From assembly GCA_030295235.1 (NCBI GenBank), contig AP026123.1, forward strand, positions 2,356,001 to 2,420,000: a DNA stretch of 64,000 bases. Direction: 5' to 3'. Made by a program: the position numbers and the translations under genes. The notes under the pieces are model-generated. The model made no database searches, was not told the DNA's origin, and saw nothing but the letters and a program-made list of their open reading frames with translations. Source of the DNA: Fistulifera solaris (Eukaryota). Position 1 is the first letter of the stretch. Every line of letters starts with the position of its first letter. This document shows, in pieces, positions 22,701 through 35,551 of the stretch.

Positions 22701-24935
22701 ATGGTTCGCTCGATGTCCTATCGATACCATTGAATTCTTTCTAAGCTATGACAAAGACTTTTCCTTGAAGAAAGTCGGATCCGGCCAAGATTTTGGCGCT
22801 GCAAAGTTACGGCTTTTACAACGCATATCTCTGGGTATATGCAAAATTGCAGAAACTTGTTCTAAATCTATTGGTAAGCAAACTCCGACAAACAGATCGC
22901 TCAAAGATCGGGTGTTCTGTGAGAGGGTCGACCACAACATGCTACCAGAATCATTGCATCCCACAGAAGCGAAAAGCAAGATGAGGGATTCAGCTACAAC
23001 ACTGCGAGCATTGTCACTTGATACCATTGCACAGATCGTCAAGTCACTTACTATGTCAGCTGCTTTATCAGTCGAACTTCCATTTTCAAAGCTTCTGCTC
23101 TCCTGGGATTTGGCAGATGATTTCTCCGCTTTGTCCCACCTCAAAGGATCAGTATCATCTAAGTATAATTCAGATCTCAGCGACAACGATATCACTAACG
23201 ACAGAAGTCCATGTCCTTTGAATAATGAAAATGATTCAAGCGCGGCCGTAGGGCCGTTGGATGATGCCCTGCAGCTAGCAAAGGACAGAGGTATCGACAA
23301 AGCCATTGAATATCTCATTGACTGTAATGTTATCATGTCCACACCTCGAGACGTCGCTCATTTCCTTCTGTCCAATCGAGAAAAGCTTGATGCATCTGTA
23401 CTGGGCAATTATATTAGCGAGGAAGGCGTCGGAGACGCTCAAAATGAATTCAAGAAAACCGTACTATATTTATTCGTCCGGGCGATATCTTTCGTTGGTT
23501 TGAATGTTGATCAAGGGTAAGTAGTCATGCCTGCAGCCCGTAGCACTGAAACGACTCTAAATTTTGCACTTCACAGTCTGAGGCGATTCCTCACTGCATC
23601 AGGCTTTCGATTGCCTGGCGAAGCGCAACGAATCGACAAACTTCTTCGAACATTTGCAAAGTGCTTTTACGAAGACAATGCTGGCGACATTCGATGCTGC
23701 CCGTTTGAATCAGAGGACGCTGTGTTTGTGCTTTCCTTTGCAATAATCATGTTGAATACAGATCTTCACAAGGTACGGCGCCGGAATCAAAGGAGGACAA
23801 CGAAAATGACCAAAATTGAGTTTGTAGAAAATACACGAAACGCACATGATAGCCTCGACTTCGACGCTAGCTATCTTGGTGCAATCTACGATTCTGTAAG
23901 TACATGCCCGATCATTCTCGAGAAAGTACACTTGGCGGAGTATGAAGAGATCAATTCGGTTGACGTTTGGCTAAAGTATGCTCGTGATGCAGATTCCCGA
24001 TTACGTGACCTTGCTTTATGCAGTTCGAGCTACGCAACCCTTGAAGAATTTACATTGGATCACAACGGCTGCCAACATGATGATCTATTCAGTTTATCTC
24101 GTCAATGTATATGTGAGATGTGGAATCAGTGGCATAGTGTTATCGGTGCTAGTATTGAAGTAGCACCACTCGACAAAGAGCACACCATACCTTCACTTGA
24201 AACTCTGTGGTACGCAATTGTTGCAGCAGTCTGCGTGGATTTACCTGTGGCGGCAGCTGCTTTCCTGCAACAACTAAGGAAATTCGCCTTGCTCAGTGAA
24301 AGCATAAACTCTGACAGTCAGGCGGACATCGATGATGATTACAAAGAGCATGCGTGGTCTGGAGAATTTGGAGTTTACTGTGGTCACTCTGACAAATCTA
24401 AACTCGCCGCTCTAAAAAACGCCATGAACGTCATCCGTTCCATCCGAATGTCCCTCTCAGATGAACGTAGCGGTCGAGACATCACGACGATTGCCCTTCA
24501 CGAGATAGAAACTGACTCTCTTTTCCTAAACCATCCTGGCAGAGCCTTCTTGCTCTTTGGAGACTTGCATAAAACATCTTCTCGGACTGGTCGGTCATCT
24601 GAATGCCGACTGTATCTTTTTCTGACGTCCTCTTATATTGCAAAGCAAAGCGGAATGGGCGATACAAGATTCTCGAGGAGTTTCCATTGCACCTGCTCAA
24701 AGTAATTGACTGGTTCCCACCATCTACTCATGATCGCCACAAAATTTTTGAAGTGCACACTCCAGATAAATGTTTACAACTTACGTGCTCCGACTACAAC
24801 GAGAAGAAATCGTGGGTTTTTCAGATTAGAGACGCAGTTCAACGCGAAGTCGAAGCGATGTCGAGAGTAGAGACAGCTCGTCTTTCGCATTTTCTTCGCA
24901 TGCATGATGGTAACCAATCTGTTGCGTCACCTTAG
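19778..24935 (+). CDS. Large Arf-GEF: MABP-like domain + helical region + Sec7 + PH (intron 23517..23576; frameshifts near 22230 and 24620)
   Basis: Sec7 motif FRLPGEAQRIDKL (glutamic finger) and LSFAIIMLNTDLH. C-terminal PH domain (LFSDVLLY...EKKSWVFQIRDAV). N-terminal repeats ITALCLIFPDRKEVVPRGF and LTDIVPL...EAVPSGYTVVE are typical of MABP beta-prisms. Confidence 0.85.
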
Positions 24936-24951
24936 ACTACAGCGACAATAT

Positions 24952-27900
24952 TCAGTAAGCTTTATAGAGATCTGCTAATTCTCTCCACGCTCGACTGGAG
25001 TCACCGTGATTCGCAGGAATCCTTAGGGCAAGAATGTGCGTGGGTCTATACTTGCTGTAATTGTTCCGTATCCATTCCAAAACATCTTTGTCGGGGCAGT
25101 AGAAAACCTTGATGTAGGTATCTACGTACGACATCCCTTTCGTAATTACTTGAGGCTGTTGGACAGGTTTTACGAAGAGAGACCTTCTTTCAAGTCTCGC
25201 TTTGACTGCCTGTGGCGTGACCCCTGATGAAAAGGAAGCCAAGTCAAGAGTCATGAGGGCTCTCCCTTCTGTAGAGCAAAAGGATATGCGCGAGAAACCT
25301 TCCAGCATTGTCGAGTATGCAGCGGTCAATAACCCTGACCAAACAAAGGAAATAGCTTTGTCTGGAAGCTTACCGGAAGTCGTCAAAAACCCCCAGAATA
25401 AAGCGCATCTCTCGCACATCGACTCAACATAATCATTCGGATCTTCGTTCAACTTGCTCTCCTCCCAAGCAGCCTCGTTGCATATCATACTCGTTACTAT
25501 ACCAGATCCATTCATAGCACGCTGACATGCGATTTGAGTACAAACGCGAACAAGCGAAGGCGTTACGCTTGAAAATGCATTCGAATAACTTTGGAGAGAT
25601 TCCGTAAACGAAAGATACTGGCTCCCGACTGAACAGCCACTCAAGAATGCCTTGGCAATATCGTAGAAAGCATCAGTGATGGATGCAACGGCGTACAAAC
25701 TTAGGGCACCCGCGACTCTCTTCTCCAAAAAACGGCATGTTTCGCAGACTTCTTCATCAAGTGGGCGTTTTTCATCAGATTGTCGCATCCAAGCGTCCAC
25801 TTTATCTAAATTTACTGCTTCCTTGAGACTTTGCTGTGCTCTAATGACGAAATCGCGTAAAGCGTTGATCTCAGCAGTATCGCTGGAAAGCGGTTCACAT
25901 ATTTCCGCATCCAATGTGTCAGACACCATTCGCATATACGCCGAATTTCGCGAAGGACGGCGGCCCTTACGAAATGTATCCAATAAGTTGTTTCCGATGG
26001 ACGCCCCCGAATAGCTACTCCTCTCCTGATTGTCATGCTTTTTGATTTGAAACGGGTTGGAAGTAAGTATACCTAATAGGTGCTTTTCATTTTGAGCTGA
26101 TCCAGCACACAGGCGAAGTACTGTGGTGGCGTAAAGATCACACAAATTTGCAACAACCACCGAAACGTCTTCAGCGATCAAAGGAAAACACAAAATCACA
26201 GTGAGTAAACGCGCGAGCCACTCTAAGAAATCATTGGCGACGTAATCAGGAGCAATCCGAGAAGTGGCCCCACGATCGTCAATCTCGTCATCTATACGAA
26301 AGCGAAATGGAAACTTTGGGTGAAACTCAATGCCGGGAATGATGGTATCTTTTTCAACAAAAATATCATCGATTTGATCAAAAGTCGATCGCCGTTGATG
26401 TTTAAACTCTCTTCTTCGACAATGGAAAAATCTAGGTTGTGTAGAAGAGGCAAGAAGCTGAAGCGATTCTCGTAGGGCCGAAAGCGAGATAGAAGCGCTT
26501 CGGCCACGAACGGATTATTTTGAAGGTTTGAAGCGTCCGAGGCGTTTTTGGTAGATGAAACGTCGAGAGCTTGTAAAATCCAGCATTCATTCGCAAGCTT
26601 ACGACCCGATGCATTCATGACTTCCACATGTAATGATTTTAAATGCCGTCGAAAGACATCGCCAAGCCTATCAAAAATTATATTTTTCTTTCCTGCAAGC
26701 GACGCAACATCATCGGAAGCTTCAACTGATTCGAAGAAAGTTCGCTTCTGAGAAATGAAGCGATCTACAAGTGCGTAAACAATGCATAAATTTTTGACGT
26801 CTTGAAGCCAAAGGGTCTCATCGACATCTTGATTGTTGTAGGAAAATAGTGATTGCCCGCCTCGAGAGGCCAAATATCCATCCAGACATCTAACAAGCGC
26901 AGCCTCACAGTTATTCCAGAGATGTTCTTTTATCTCTTGCACTTGCTTAGAGAAAGAGAAAATCGCCAGATCAGTACTAGAATCACAAGGTAAATTACTA
27001 GAGCCCATCGAAGCATGCCACCCCGTCAACTTCAAGGAAAAAACTAAGATTGCTCTTAGTAACAAGCAAAGCTTGCGCATGACGCCAGGAAGGTAGTCAA
27101 AGAAGCTTCCTTCAAAGTCGAACCGGATAGTGGTGAGATTTTGGATAACAGATCGTAACTTATGTCGATCACCCCAATCAAGATCAATTTCATCAGCCAA
27201 CTGATCCAAATCTTTCGAATAGTCCGACCGAACGATTTCATATGCTGGATCCGCGAGCGCAATAGCAAGTGATCGCTCCGTTTCGTAGCAAAACGATTTG
27301 TTGATTTGCTCTGACCACCAATTCACAAGATTTACTCCATCCGGCAGGGCCGCACCGAATCTTTGATGGACATCAAGACACACATCGAATAAACGTTTGT
27401 GGCTGACACTGTCGAACTCGGCCCTTCGACAAAGACAAACAACAGCAGATTGACAAAGAATTGCTAGTCTCGACCATATACGCTCACCAATCTTATCGAG
27501 GCGAGACCTCGTCAAGTCTAGGGCTCGCACATTTGCCAAACAATCGCTTGATAGACTCTTGCTTAGCGTATCGATTTGATCAATAATTTTCTCGTAGTCT
27601 GACAAGCCATTTTCGCGTTGGAAGGACAAGGTATCAACGGCATCATACAAATCATTGAGAGATTGGTTAGCACAAGCTATATCCTGTAGCACATCGTCAA
27701 GTTTCCGGTAGTTCTCTCGTCCATCAGAAGCTTTCAACACTATTATCGATCCAGCCAAACCGGTGCCTTCTGCTTCCTCCCCTGTCGCAGTCTTCAACGC
27801 ATCACAGCAACGATCCATGTACATCTCCGTGAGACGAACATTTTGATCCAAATCGTAAATCAACCGATTGGCGTGAAGCAGTTCGGACTGAAGCGGCTGA

Positions 27901-29096
27901 ACCTGTCGAAGCGAAACCTTCTGCACTTCTTCCAGCGCCGCATCCAAATTCGATAATGCCGTCGCCATGTAGTCATCCCAAACCTCAATATCACTATTCT
28001 CCGTAATCCCCTCGGACTTGCTGTACAACGCCATCAAATTATGCCACGGAAGTGAGCCGAGAAGCTTGACGCCGTCGTCGACTTCTGGATTGGAAAAGTA
28101 GTATTCCGGCAGATTGAACTCCTCCTGTAACCGCAATATACAACGATCTTGATCTTCGGTCGTCCATATTATACTGTCATCATCATCATCATCCTCATGC
28201 TGTTTCAATCCGAGTACTTGATTGTTCTCTTCAAAAAACTTTTGTTGCCGGCGGCGCAAGAATCGGCCTTCAAGTGTACTGTAATCTTGCCAGGGTAATT
28301 TCAGCGAGATGGGTCGATCGTCCACTCCCCGTGCGGCTGCCGGCAACGTTGCTGGAACGGGCGATGGCAAATCGATAAACGCAGGCAAAGGATCATGTTG
28401 GTCCGCCGAGCTGTCTTCGTCTTCGAAACTTTCCGAAATCATTTTGTGAAGGCTCACTGTTTCTTGGCGGCTTTCGTTGAGCGACAAGATTCTTCTATGT
28501 TCCGCCACCACTTGCTCGGACCGCTCCAACAAATCGGGGGTCAAGGGGCTCAGACAATGCGGCGGTATTGGATGTTGTTGCAGCAACGATTCCACCCGAT
28601 CCACCAACTCGGTCGTATCGTCTGCCGATTGAAATTCCCCAAAGTCCGAGTCGCTTCGTTCCGACTCTTCGTCATCGCTGGAGGATGATTCTTCGAATTC
28701 AAAAATACTTTGCAAACCCTCTTCCCATTTCGCCACGTAACGTTCCAGTTCCCGTAATCGACGATCTCCACCATTTTCGAGTTCAATGAGCCATTCGTTC
28801 GATTCGGAAACATGGGAAGCATCGTGCGATTTATCCAGCATCCAATCAAATTCGTGCGTCGGAATATAGGAAGTAGGAGTCTGTGAAGAGTTGTTGTTTT
28901 GCAGACGCGTCCACAATGTCGGCTTTAATTCCGTCGAATACAACGAACGCATCGCTTGATCGATGTTCGCACAATCATCATTCTTGTTTGTTTCGTCCGT
29001 AGAAAATGGAGGGGGCCGTAACAACATCGAAGAACGCACGGCCAACGACAACCGTCGTGCGGTACGCCACGGCGATGTCCTTTCGTCGCGTCGCAT
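24952..29096 (-). CDS. VPS50: VPS50/syndetin (EARP subunit), frameshift near 26300-26400
   Basis: C-terminal LEGFSRISFCSTEGRALMTLDL and YVDTYIKVFY match the syndetin C-terminal domain. LANECW motif present. Long acidic N-terminal extension. Confidence 0.8.
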
Positions 29097-29615
29097 ATTG
29101 CTTTTGTTAGTTCTCAAACGAAAGAGAAATAGTTGTTGAAGCTGTAGTTATGAGGAGGTCAAGCAGTTGTTGCTTTTGTCCTTTGCAACAACCGCAACAA
29201 GCTCTTTCATTCTTTCATGCGCATTCTCCCAATAATACCTCCTTGCATTCTCCGCCATAATAAACGGGCTTGCTCGCGACAACGGAAACAATTTACTGCG
29301 AAACCGTATATTCAATTTACTATAGTCTATAATGTTAGTTTATAGACTTCGCGACTGACTCAGTTTTTCAGTCCTGGAATGGTTGACGACCTCTCTCCAT
29401 CGATGTTACTAAGGTCTACCTGGTAAGGTACAAGACTAGAGGAGACGATGTCCTTTTCCTTCCACGCAGAAATAGAACGTGGTTTTGAATAGAAAACAAC
29501 AAGATCCAACGCTGGATACAGTTACATTGCTGTAGATCACTTGACCAACTAGTTGCTTGATTAACTCGATAGAATTGATTTTTATTAGTTTTTCGTTAGT
29601 TGCCAAGGATGCTAT

Positions 29616-31196
29616 TTATTTCACATACTCCCAGTTGTTCACCATAATCTTGGATACGCATTGCAAAGCATGACGCTGCAATTCCGCATTCTCGTGTTCA
29701 ATCAATGTCATGACCAGATCTTTGGCTCCCAATCGCTTCACGATGGCTCGCCCGTTCGGATAATGACGAACAAATTCACCAATATCAAAACACGCAATGG
29801 CGGCGACTTCTTCATCGCGATTGCTCAACAACGCAATCAACACTTTGAGTAAACGAAAATCACCATCACTTCCTTCCATCATCTTGGCGTTTTCTTTGAA
29901 AAAGGCTTCCGTGTGACACGATCCCCATTGCAAGTGACCGGATTCCACTTCATTCTTGTACACTTCCCAACGACTCATTTCTTTATAATTCTCATGCAGC
30001 AGTTTGTGCAACAACTGAATGTCTTCCGCCAAATCCGGATCGGTGAATTGTCGATCCCGCAAATGATCCACCGCTTTGATCAAACCGCACGCAATCATTT
30101 CCGAAAGAAAGAATTTGCCATCCATCTGGGGTGCGCCATTGTTCAAGGGTTCATTTTCATCGACGGTGCACAGCGCCAAATTGCGGAGGGACGCCAAAGC
30201 GACACGAACGACCTTTTCGCGCGGCGCCACCGCAATCAAATCGACCAAGGCCGACACGGCCAAACTATCCTTGGCGAAATCGTGTCGAATCGCGGACGAA
30301 TGATTGAGTTCGTACGTCAAAATCCACATACAGAACGCAATTTCGTACAGTTGCTGCACGGACGCCATTTTCTTCTTGTCAACCGATTTCCCAATGCGCA
30401 ATTGTCGTGCCATGTATTTGATGCCTCCCGATTTGCAAAACAGAATCCGGGTTTCGTGGGCATCCACGAGCACTTTCAGTGCCGGCGAACAACTTCCGAC
30501 CAACGGACCGGTGGCATGTTTGAGTTGCGAAATGACCCAGGCCGTAATGGCTTCGAGGGGTTCGACGGCGGACGCGTATTGAATCGGTCGGGCGGCTTTA
30601 CTGTCACTGCGATGACGTTGACTCGGACACGCGGTGACCAACATTTGCGCGAGACACAGTGCGGCGACTTTTTGGGCAAAGGCGTCTCCCTTGCCCGGTT
30701 TGTCGAGAATGCGCAAGAGCGCTTTCCACTGTTCGACGAGGACTCCATCTTTGCCAACATAAAAGACAGACGCAATCGAAACACCTTTCACTCCGACTTT
30801 GAGTGTTTGCAAAATATCCAATAATTTCGTCAAAGCGTAATGACAGACCACACCCAACGGATCGACTGCCAACGTGGCTAACGCTTCTTGTTCCGTAACA
30901 CCCGCCGGAGACAATTTCGAAACTTCTCCCATTCCAGCACCAGCGGCCGACGACTCGGCCACGAGTTTAAGTAAGACACGCGCGTACATACTCGCGTCAC
31001 GGGAATCCGATAAGGTATAATCCATCGGATTGGTTTCGGCCATGCGCAGTAACGCCGTTTCCTGGGCCGTGAGTTGGAGGGTCCCCAACGAGTCCCATTG
31101 TATGTGCGCAAAGGCGGGGGAGACGGGAGATTTGAGGGTCGCAAAAGCGGCCGATGCGACGGCTTCGCTGGGAATTGCGGTATCGGTCATTTCCAT
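29616..31196 (-). CDS. ATP6V1H: V-type ATPase V1 subunit H
   Basis: QQLYEIAFCMWILTY, REKVVRVALASLRNL, LQWGSCHTEAFFKENA, ACFDIGEFVRHYPNGR and ALQCVSKIMVNNWEY. Confidence 0.95.
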   Translation of the reverse strand: MEMTDTAIPSEAVASAAFATLKSPVSPAFAHIQWDSLGTLQLTAQETALLRMAETNPMDYTLSDSRDASMYARVLLKLVAESSAAGAGMGEVSKLSPAGVTEQEALATLAVDPLGVVCHYALTKLLDILQTLKVGVKGVSIASVFYVGKDGVLVEQWKALLRILDKPGKGDAFAQKVAALCLAQMLVTACPSQRHRSDSKAARPIQYASAVEPLEAITAWVISQLKHATGPLVGSCSPALKVLVDAHETRILFCKSGGIKYMARQLRIGKSVDKKKMASVQQLYEIAFCMWILTYELNHSSAIRHDFAKDSLAVSALVDLIAVAPREKVVRVALASLRNLALCTVDENEPLNNGAPQMDGKFFLSEMIACGLIKAVDHLRDRQFTDPDLAEDIQLLHKLLHENYKEMSRWEVYKNEVESGHLQWGSCHTEAFFKENAKMMEGSDGDFRLLKVLIALLSNRDEEVAAIACFDIGEFVRHYPNGRAIVKRLGAKDLVMTLIEHENAELQRHALQCVSKIMVNNWEYVK

Positions 31197-31713
31197 TATT
31201 GACTGTATAGACGAAACTGAACAGATCTTCAGTAGCAACAGATAACAATGAAGAATCAAATACAAGACGATCGACAACAACAAGCATAACTTCTGGCTTT
31301 TCGCTCGCGCTTTTGCGAGCTGCGAAATTGGCGAACCAGCAGCGACTGCCAACAGTACTCATCCTCATATTTCCCCATGCAACGGATAGTTGCAAGTTTT
31401 ATGTTTAATGTACTTAACGATTGTTTAACGTCTTTAAACAAGAATGCCATCCACATGCAATTATTACCGGATCGACATATTTCTCGTTCCGCAGTATTTC
31501 GGTTGTCGACCTTTTCGGAGTCGCCAGTCGCCAGTATACGATCGAACAGATCATTGTACATTCCACTCTACATGACACGAAGCTGGTCCTTTCCAAGTCG
31601 CCACCAAAGTGTAATAAATACTTCGCACACAATTTTTTTTTATTTTGCATTGGTCGGATTGCAAAGATCGCCGACCTTGTGTTCATTGTTCCATAGCCAT
31701 CGAAAGCAGCACG

Positions 31714-32973
31714 ATGTCACGCAGTCTATTCTTGTTAATCGCAATAAGCTCCGCACAGGCCCAAGTCGTCCCATTTTCGTGCGGCGTGGGGCACGCGACC
31801 TCGGAACAATTGCAGGAATTGTCGGCACTCGTCACGGCCGATTCCTCTATCTTAGCAAGTAGCGACGAAGTCATTACCGTTCCAGTGTGTAGTTATATAT
31901 TTAAGGGCCGCCACAATGATGACGAAATTACCGACCAAATGTTACAAGATCAATTGGATTATCTCAATCAAGGCTTTACGGCCGCCAGTTGTTGCGATGT
32001 TGCCGATGTTTGGTGCAATCCGGTCGATTGTTCCGTCGAAACCAACATTCAATTTGCGTGGGCGGTCGTGACCCCAAAGGGCACTTTGGCGGAAGGACAC
32101 ACGACACCCAACATTCAAGATGAAGGCGCTTGTTCGTTTCGATTGTTTCGACCCTTGTGGCTTCGCACCAATTCCGTCAATGGCTTTTTCATGAAACGAC
32201 TGCTCCGCAAAGGTGGACCGAATGTTTTGAATATTTATTGGTCCAATCCGTTGGGTTCCATCGCGTACGCCACCTTTCCTACCTCCAGCAAACGCAAACA
32301 CGACGGCGTTGTGATCAATCCGGCCGCCGTCACGGGAGGCGATTTGCCCGGCTACGGACGTGGTGCCACGTTAATTCATGAAGTGGGACACTGGATGGGT
32401 TTGTTGCATACCTTTCAAGGCAGTTGTGAATCATCGGATGGGATTGATGATACGCCCATGGAATACGCACCCTTTCGTGGTTGCGGGGAACTGCCGGGCT
32501 ATCCCTTGGACCGCGACTCGTGTCCCGACAATCCCGGCACCGATCCCGTTCATAACTTTATGGATTATTCCGGCGATCTTTGTTGGTACAAGTTTACGGC
32601 CGGACAAATGGCCGTGATGCGAGCATCGTGGTTCAAGTATCGGGCCATCAACACTATAGTCTTACAAGAAGGTCAACCCTCCGAGGCCATCACGTTGGTC
32701 GCGCGGGGACGTCAATTGTATTCGTTGATTACCAGCAACGCCGTGCGGTGCACGGCCAGCGCCACCGAAGGCGATATCGGACTCTATTTACAATGGCGTC
32801 ACGAACCCCGTTACATTGCTTTTCCCTTGCTGAATACGTGCTCGACACACGGTCGTCCCGACCAATCGTGTACGGTACGACGTCCTCCGCGACAACAAGA
32901 AGTCTTGTACATTGGTGTCAAATCATCCTTTGTGCCCGTCACGGATTTAGTTGTGACGTGTGTGGCGGTCTAA
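31714..32973 (+). CDS. Secreted M43 (pappalysin/ulilysin) metalloprotease with C-terminal PPC-like beta domain
   Basis: Signal peptide, pro-peptide CG, zinc motif HEVGHWMGLLHTF, DGIDDTP and Met-turn NFMDYS. Confidence 0.9.
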   Translation: MSRSLFLLIAISSAQAQVVPFSCGVGHATSEQLQELSALVTADSSILASSDEVITVPVCSYIFKGRHNDDEITDQMLQDQLDYLNQGFTAASCCDVADVWCNPVDCSVETNIQFAWAVVTPKGTLAEGHTTPNIQDEGACSFRLFRPLWLRTNSVNGFFMKRLLRKGGPNVLNIYWSNPLGSIAYATFPTSSKRKHDGVVINPAAVTGGDLPGYGRGATLIHEVGHWMGLLHTFQGSCESSDGIDDTPMEYAPFRGCGELPGYPLDRDSCPDNPGTDPVHNFMDYSGDLCWYKFTAGQMAVMRASWFKYRAINTIVLQEGQPSEAITLVARGRQLYSLITSNAVRCTASATEGDIGLYLQWRHEPRYIAFPLLNTCSTHGRPDQSCTVRRPPRQQEVLYIGVKSSFVPVTDLVVTCVAV

Positions 32974-33267
32974 TTGAGAGAGAAACGAATCTATAAAAGA
33001 AAATATAATAGAAGCAATACGCCAGGTAAACAAAATCTAAATGGAGATAGAGCAGCTTTGTTCGGGGAGAGTAGTACCGGTATTTATAGAAAAGAAGTAT
33101 CATTGTGAAAGTAATATGACGTCACCAGTCACGAGCCGGAAAGAGCCGTTGAAAAAATAGATCCGAATAAAACCGGCGGAGAGGCGCAAACATTGTTGAA
33201 GCTGTAGTTGCTGCATTATAGCCTTTCTCTCATACAGATAGATTCCTCAGCAACGCAAGAGTGAAAG

Positions 33268-35523
33268 ATGACCAGTGAAGACGCGATAATCAGTGATGCG
33301 TTTACGGAAGGGGAAAATGCCGAGACAGACGACCAAGATGATCTGGAGGACGTTGTGGTAGAGGAACTAGAAATTTTAGGAACGGAACAGGTGCCAGTGC
33401 AAAGCGAAACGATGAAAGAAGGGGAGTTGGAGGAGAATGAAAGTAGTTTGACGGATATTGAAATAACAACAGCAGATGGAAATAGTAACGACAAGAACTA
33501 CGAAGATAGACAAGAACTAGAAACAAACGGGGAAGATTCCGAGACAGACGATCTTCCTGACGTCGTGGTAGAGGATCAACTCGTCGTAGAAACAAGGAAA
33601 CAGGTGCCACTTGAAAGCGAAAAGGCAAAGGAAGGTGACTTGCCTCTGGAGGAGAATGAAAGTAGTTTGACGGAAATTGAAATAACAACAGCAGATGGAA
33701 AGGGTACTAACGAGAAGAACGACGAAGAAAGAGAAGAAGCAAACGAACAGAGTCCGTCCGAAATGGCTTCCGAGGACTACGAGCAAACGTCACAGGCGGT
33801 GGATACGGTGAATGTGGAGCCAGTAGTTGAAACACCGTGGAGTCTCGAAGAATGTTTGTACGGAGTTTGTACGACCACCACCACTCCCGATGACGACTCG
33901 TTGGTCGATGACGATTGGGTGCACATTCGAGAACCGGGATTGTGGAAGACCACCCCGCACACGATCGATTTAACGTTGTTGCGCAAAATGGCCTCGCAAG
34001 TGGGGATCCCGGACGAAGGAAGTCATCGCGCCGTAGCCTGGCGTGTGTTGTTGGGCTATTTGCCGCCCGATAACAGAGAGTGGGAACGGACTCTCCAAGA
34101 ACGACGACAGGAATACAAGGCCTTTGTTAAAGAGTGGTTTTCCAATTCGCACGATTGTTTTCATGGTGATGAGTTGCGATGGAAGCACCGTAAGGCACCG
34201 AATCGTTGTCATGATGCGGATCAAGAAGAAGAAACACATGTTCCAGAAGCATCCGAGCCAGGCATCGAAGAAGATGACAATCAGCTTCACAGTCCGGTAC
34301 GAGATCGGCTGAAAAAGGCCGGCTTGGATGCGGGAGTATTAGATTCGATTCTCAAGAATTTCAATTCACTGCAAATTTCCAAAGTCAGCGATGCCGCTAC
34401 AGAAGACGTGTCAAATGACGTGGACTTTGTCGATGGCGTCCAGCTACTGGATCAAATCCGCAAAGACGTCGATCGCACATTTCCGGATCTGAAATTTTTC
34501 TTGGATCCGGAACGGAATTTGGGCAAGAGACGATATGCGGCATTGGAACGAATCTTGTTCACGTGGAGCAAATTCAACAAGGGAGTCAACTATGTGCAGG
34601 GCATGAATGAAATTGTGGGTACCATCTATTATGTCCTGGCCAATGACTGGAACGAAGAATGGGCCCAAGAAGCTGAAGCGGACACGTTCTGGTTGTTTGG
34701 AATACTGTTGGGAGATATGCACGATGTTTTCATTTCTCATTTGGATACCTCCGAGACGGGCATCTATTCTCGCATTAAAATGATGGAAACGCTCCTCCGT
34801 CGCCATGATGCCGAAATCATCGAACATTTCAATGATATTGGTATCGAAAGCTCCTTTTCGCCATACGATGGTGGACTACATTACTTTCGCGTGAATTCTT
34901 GCTGCCCGATACGATTCGACTATGGGATAGTATGTTTGCATCGACCCACAAAGATAACTTCCTTTGTTATGTCTGCGTGACTATGGTAATTATGATCCGC
35001 GAGCAACTACTGAAAGGTGATTTTTCAGTTTGTTTGCGGACGCTGCAATCCTATCCGTCCATAAGGATGGATGAGTTACTGACAGCGTCTCGGACTCTTT
35101 GGTTGTACGAGCGGCAAATAACGGTTGCTTGTCATAGAGGGGGGCATCGGACTACAACAGGCACTAGAGGCTGTGAAGCCCCCGGATGCTATCATTATGG
35201 CTTTTGGCTTTCGGGGTGGTATTCTTCCGGGGTCGCAATGGGAAAATAAAAGTCCTTCCAGAGTCGAAGCTATCCAAAAAGCTCGCGAGGCAGCCGCTGC
35301 TTCCGTTCGGGGGGCCGGTAGTGCTGTGAAAGGCTGGTTAGGACGAGCCACCAAACTCGCTAGCAATTTAGGAGACCAAGTCAAGCTTACGAGAACGGTT
35401 TCAGCCGAAAGTACGCATTCCGGTGAGATGGTCTTAGATTCTTTCTCCGCTGACGAAGAAGACGATATCTACATGCAGGCAATCCAAAGTGCCGAATCGG
35501 GAAAATATTCCTACACAAAATAG
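33268..35523 (+). CDS. TBC-domain Rab GAP (TBC1D13-like), frameshifts near 34860 and 35140
   Basis: GIPD...RAVAWRVLLGYLP, IRKDVDRT (Arg finger), YVQGMNE (Gln finger), EADTFW and LPDTIRLWD. Confidence 0.9.
33320..33740 (+). repeat. Imperfect tandem duplication of about 220 bp within the TBC gene N-terminus
   Basis: GAGACAGACGA..., CAGGTGCCA and GGAGGAGAATGAAAGTAGTTTGACGGA(T/A)ATTGAAATAACAACAGCAGATGGAAA each occur twice. Peptide EENESSLT(D/E)IEITTADG is present twice. Confidence 0.85.
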
Positions 35524-35551
35524 AAAAAACATAGACGTACAAGTATATTTG

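Noticed and set aside
29913..30824. Long antisense ORF (303 aa) opposite V-ATPase H, and similar shadows such as 53254..54105
   Set aside because: They lie wholly antisense to clearly conserved genes and have no recognisable motifs, as expected from codon-bias shadows.
35434..35551. Coding overlap between the MDP1-CSD-ASCH ORF and the TBC gene
   Set aside because: ASCH similarity ends at ...VEIPK, and a shifted frame gives AVPEHV* at 35552, so the extension is probably an indel artefact.
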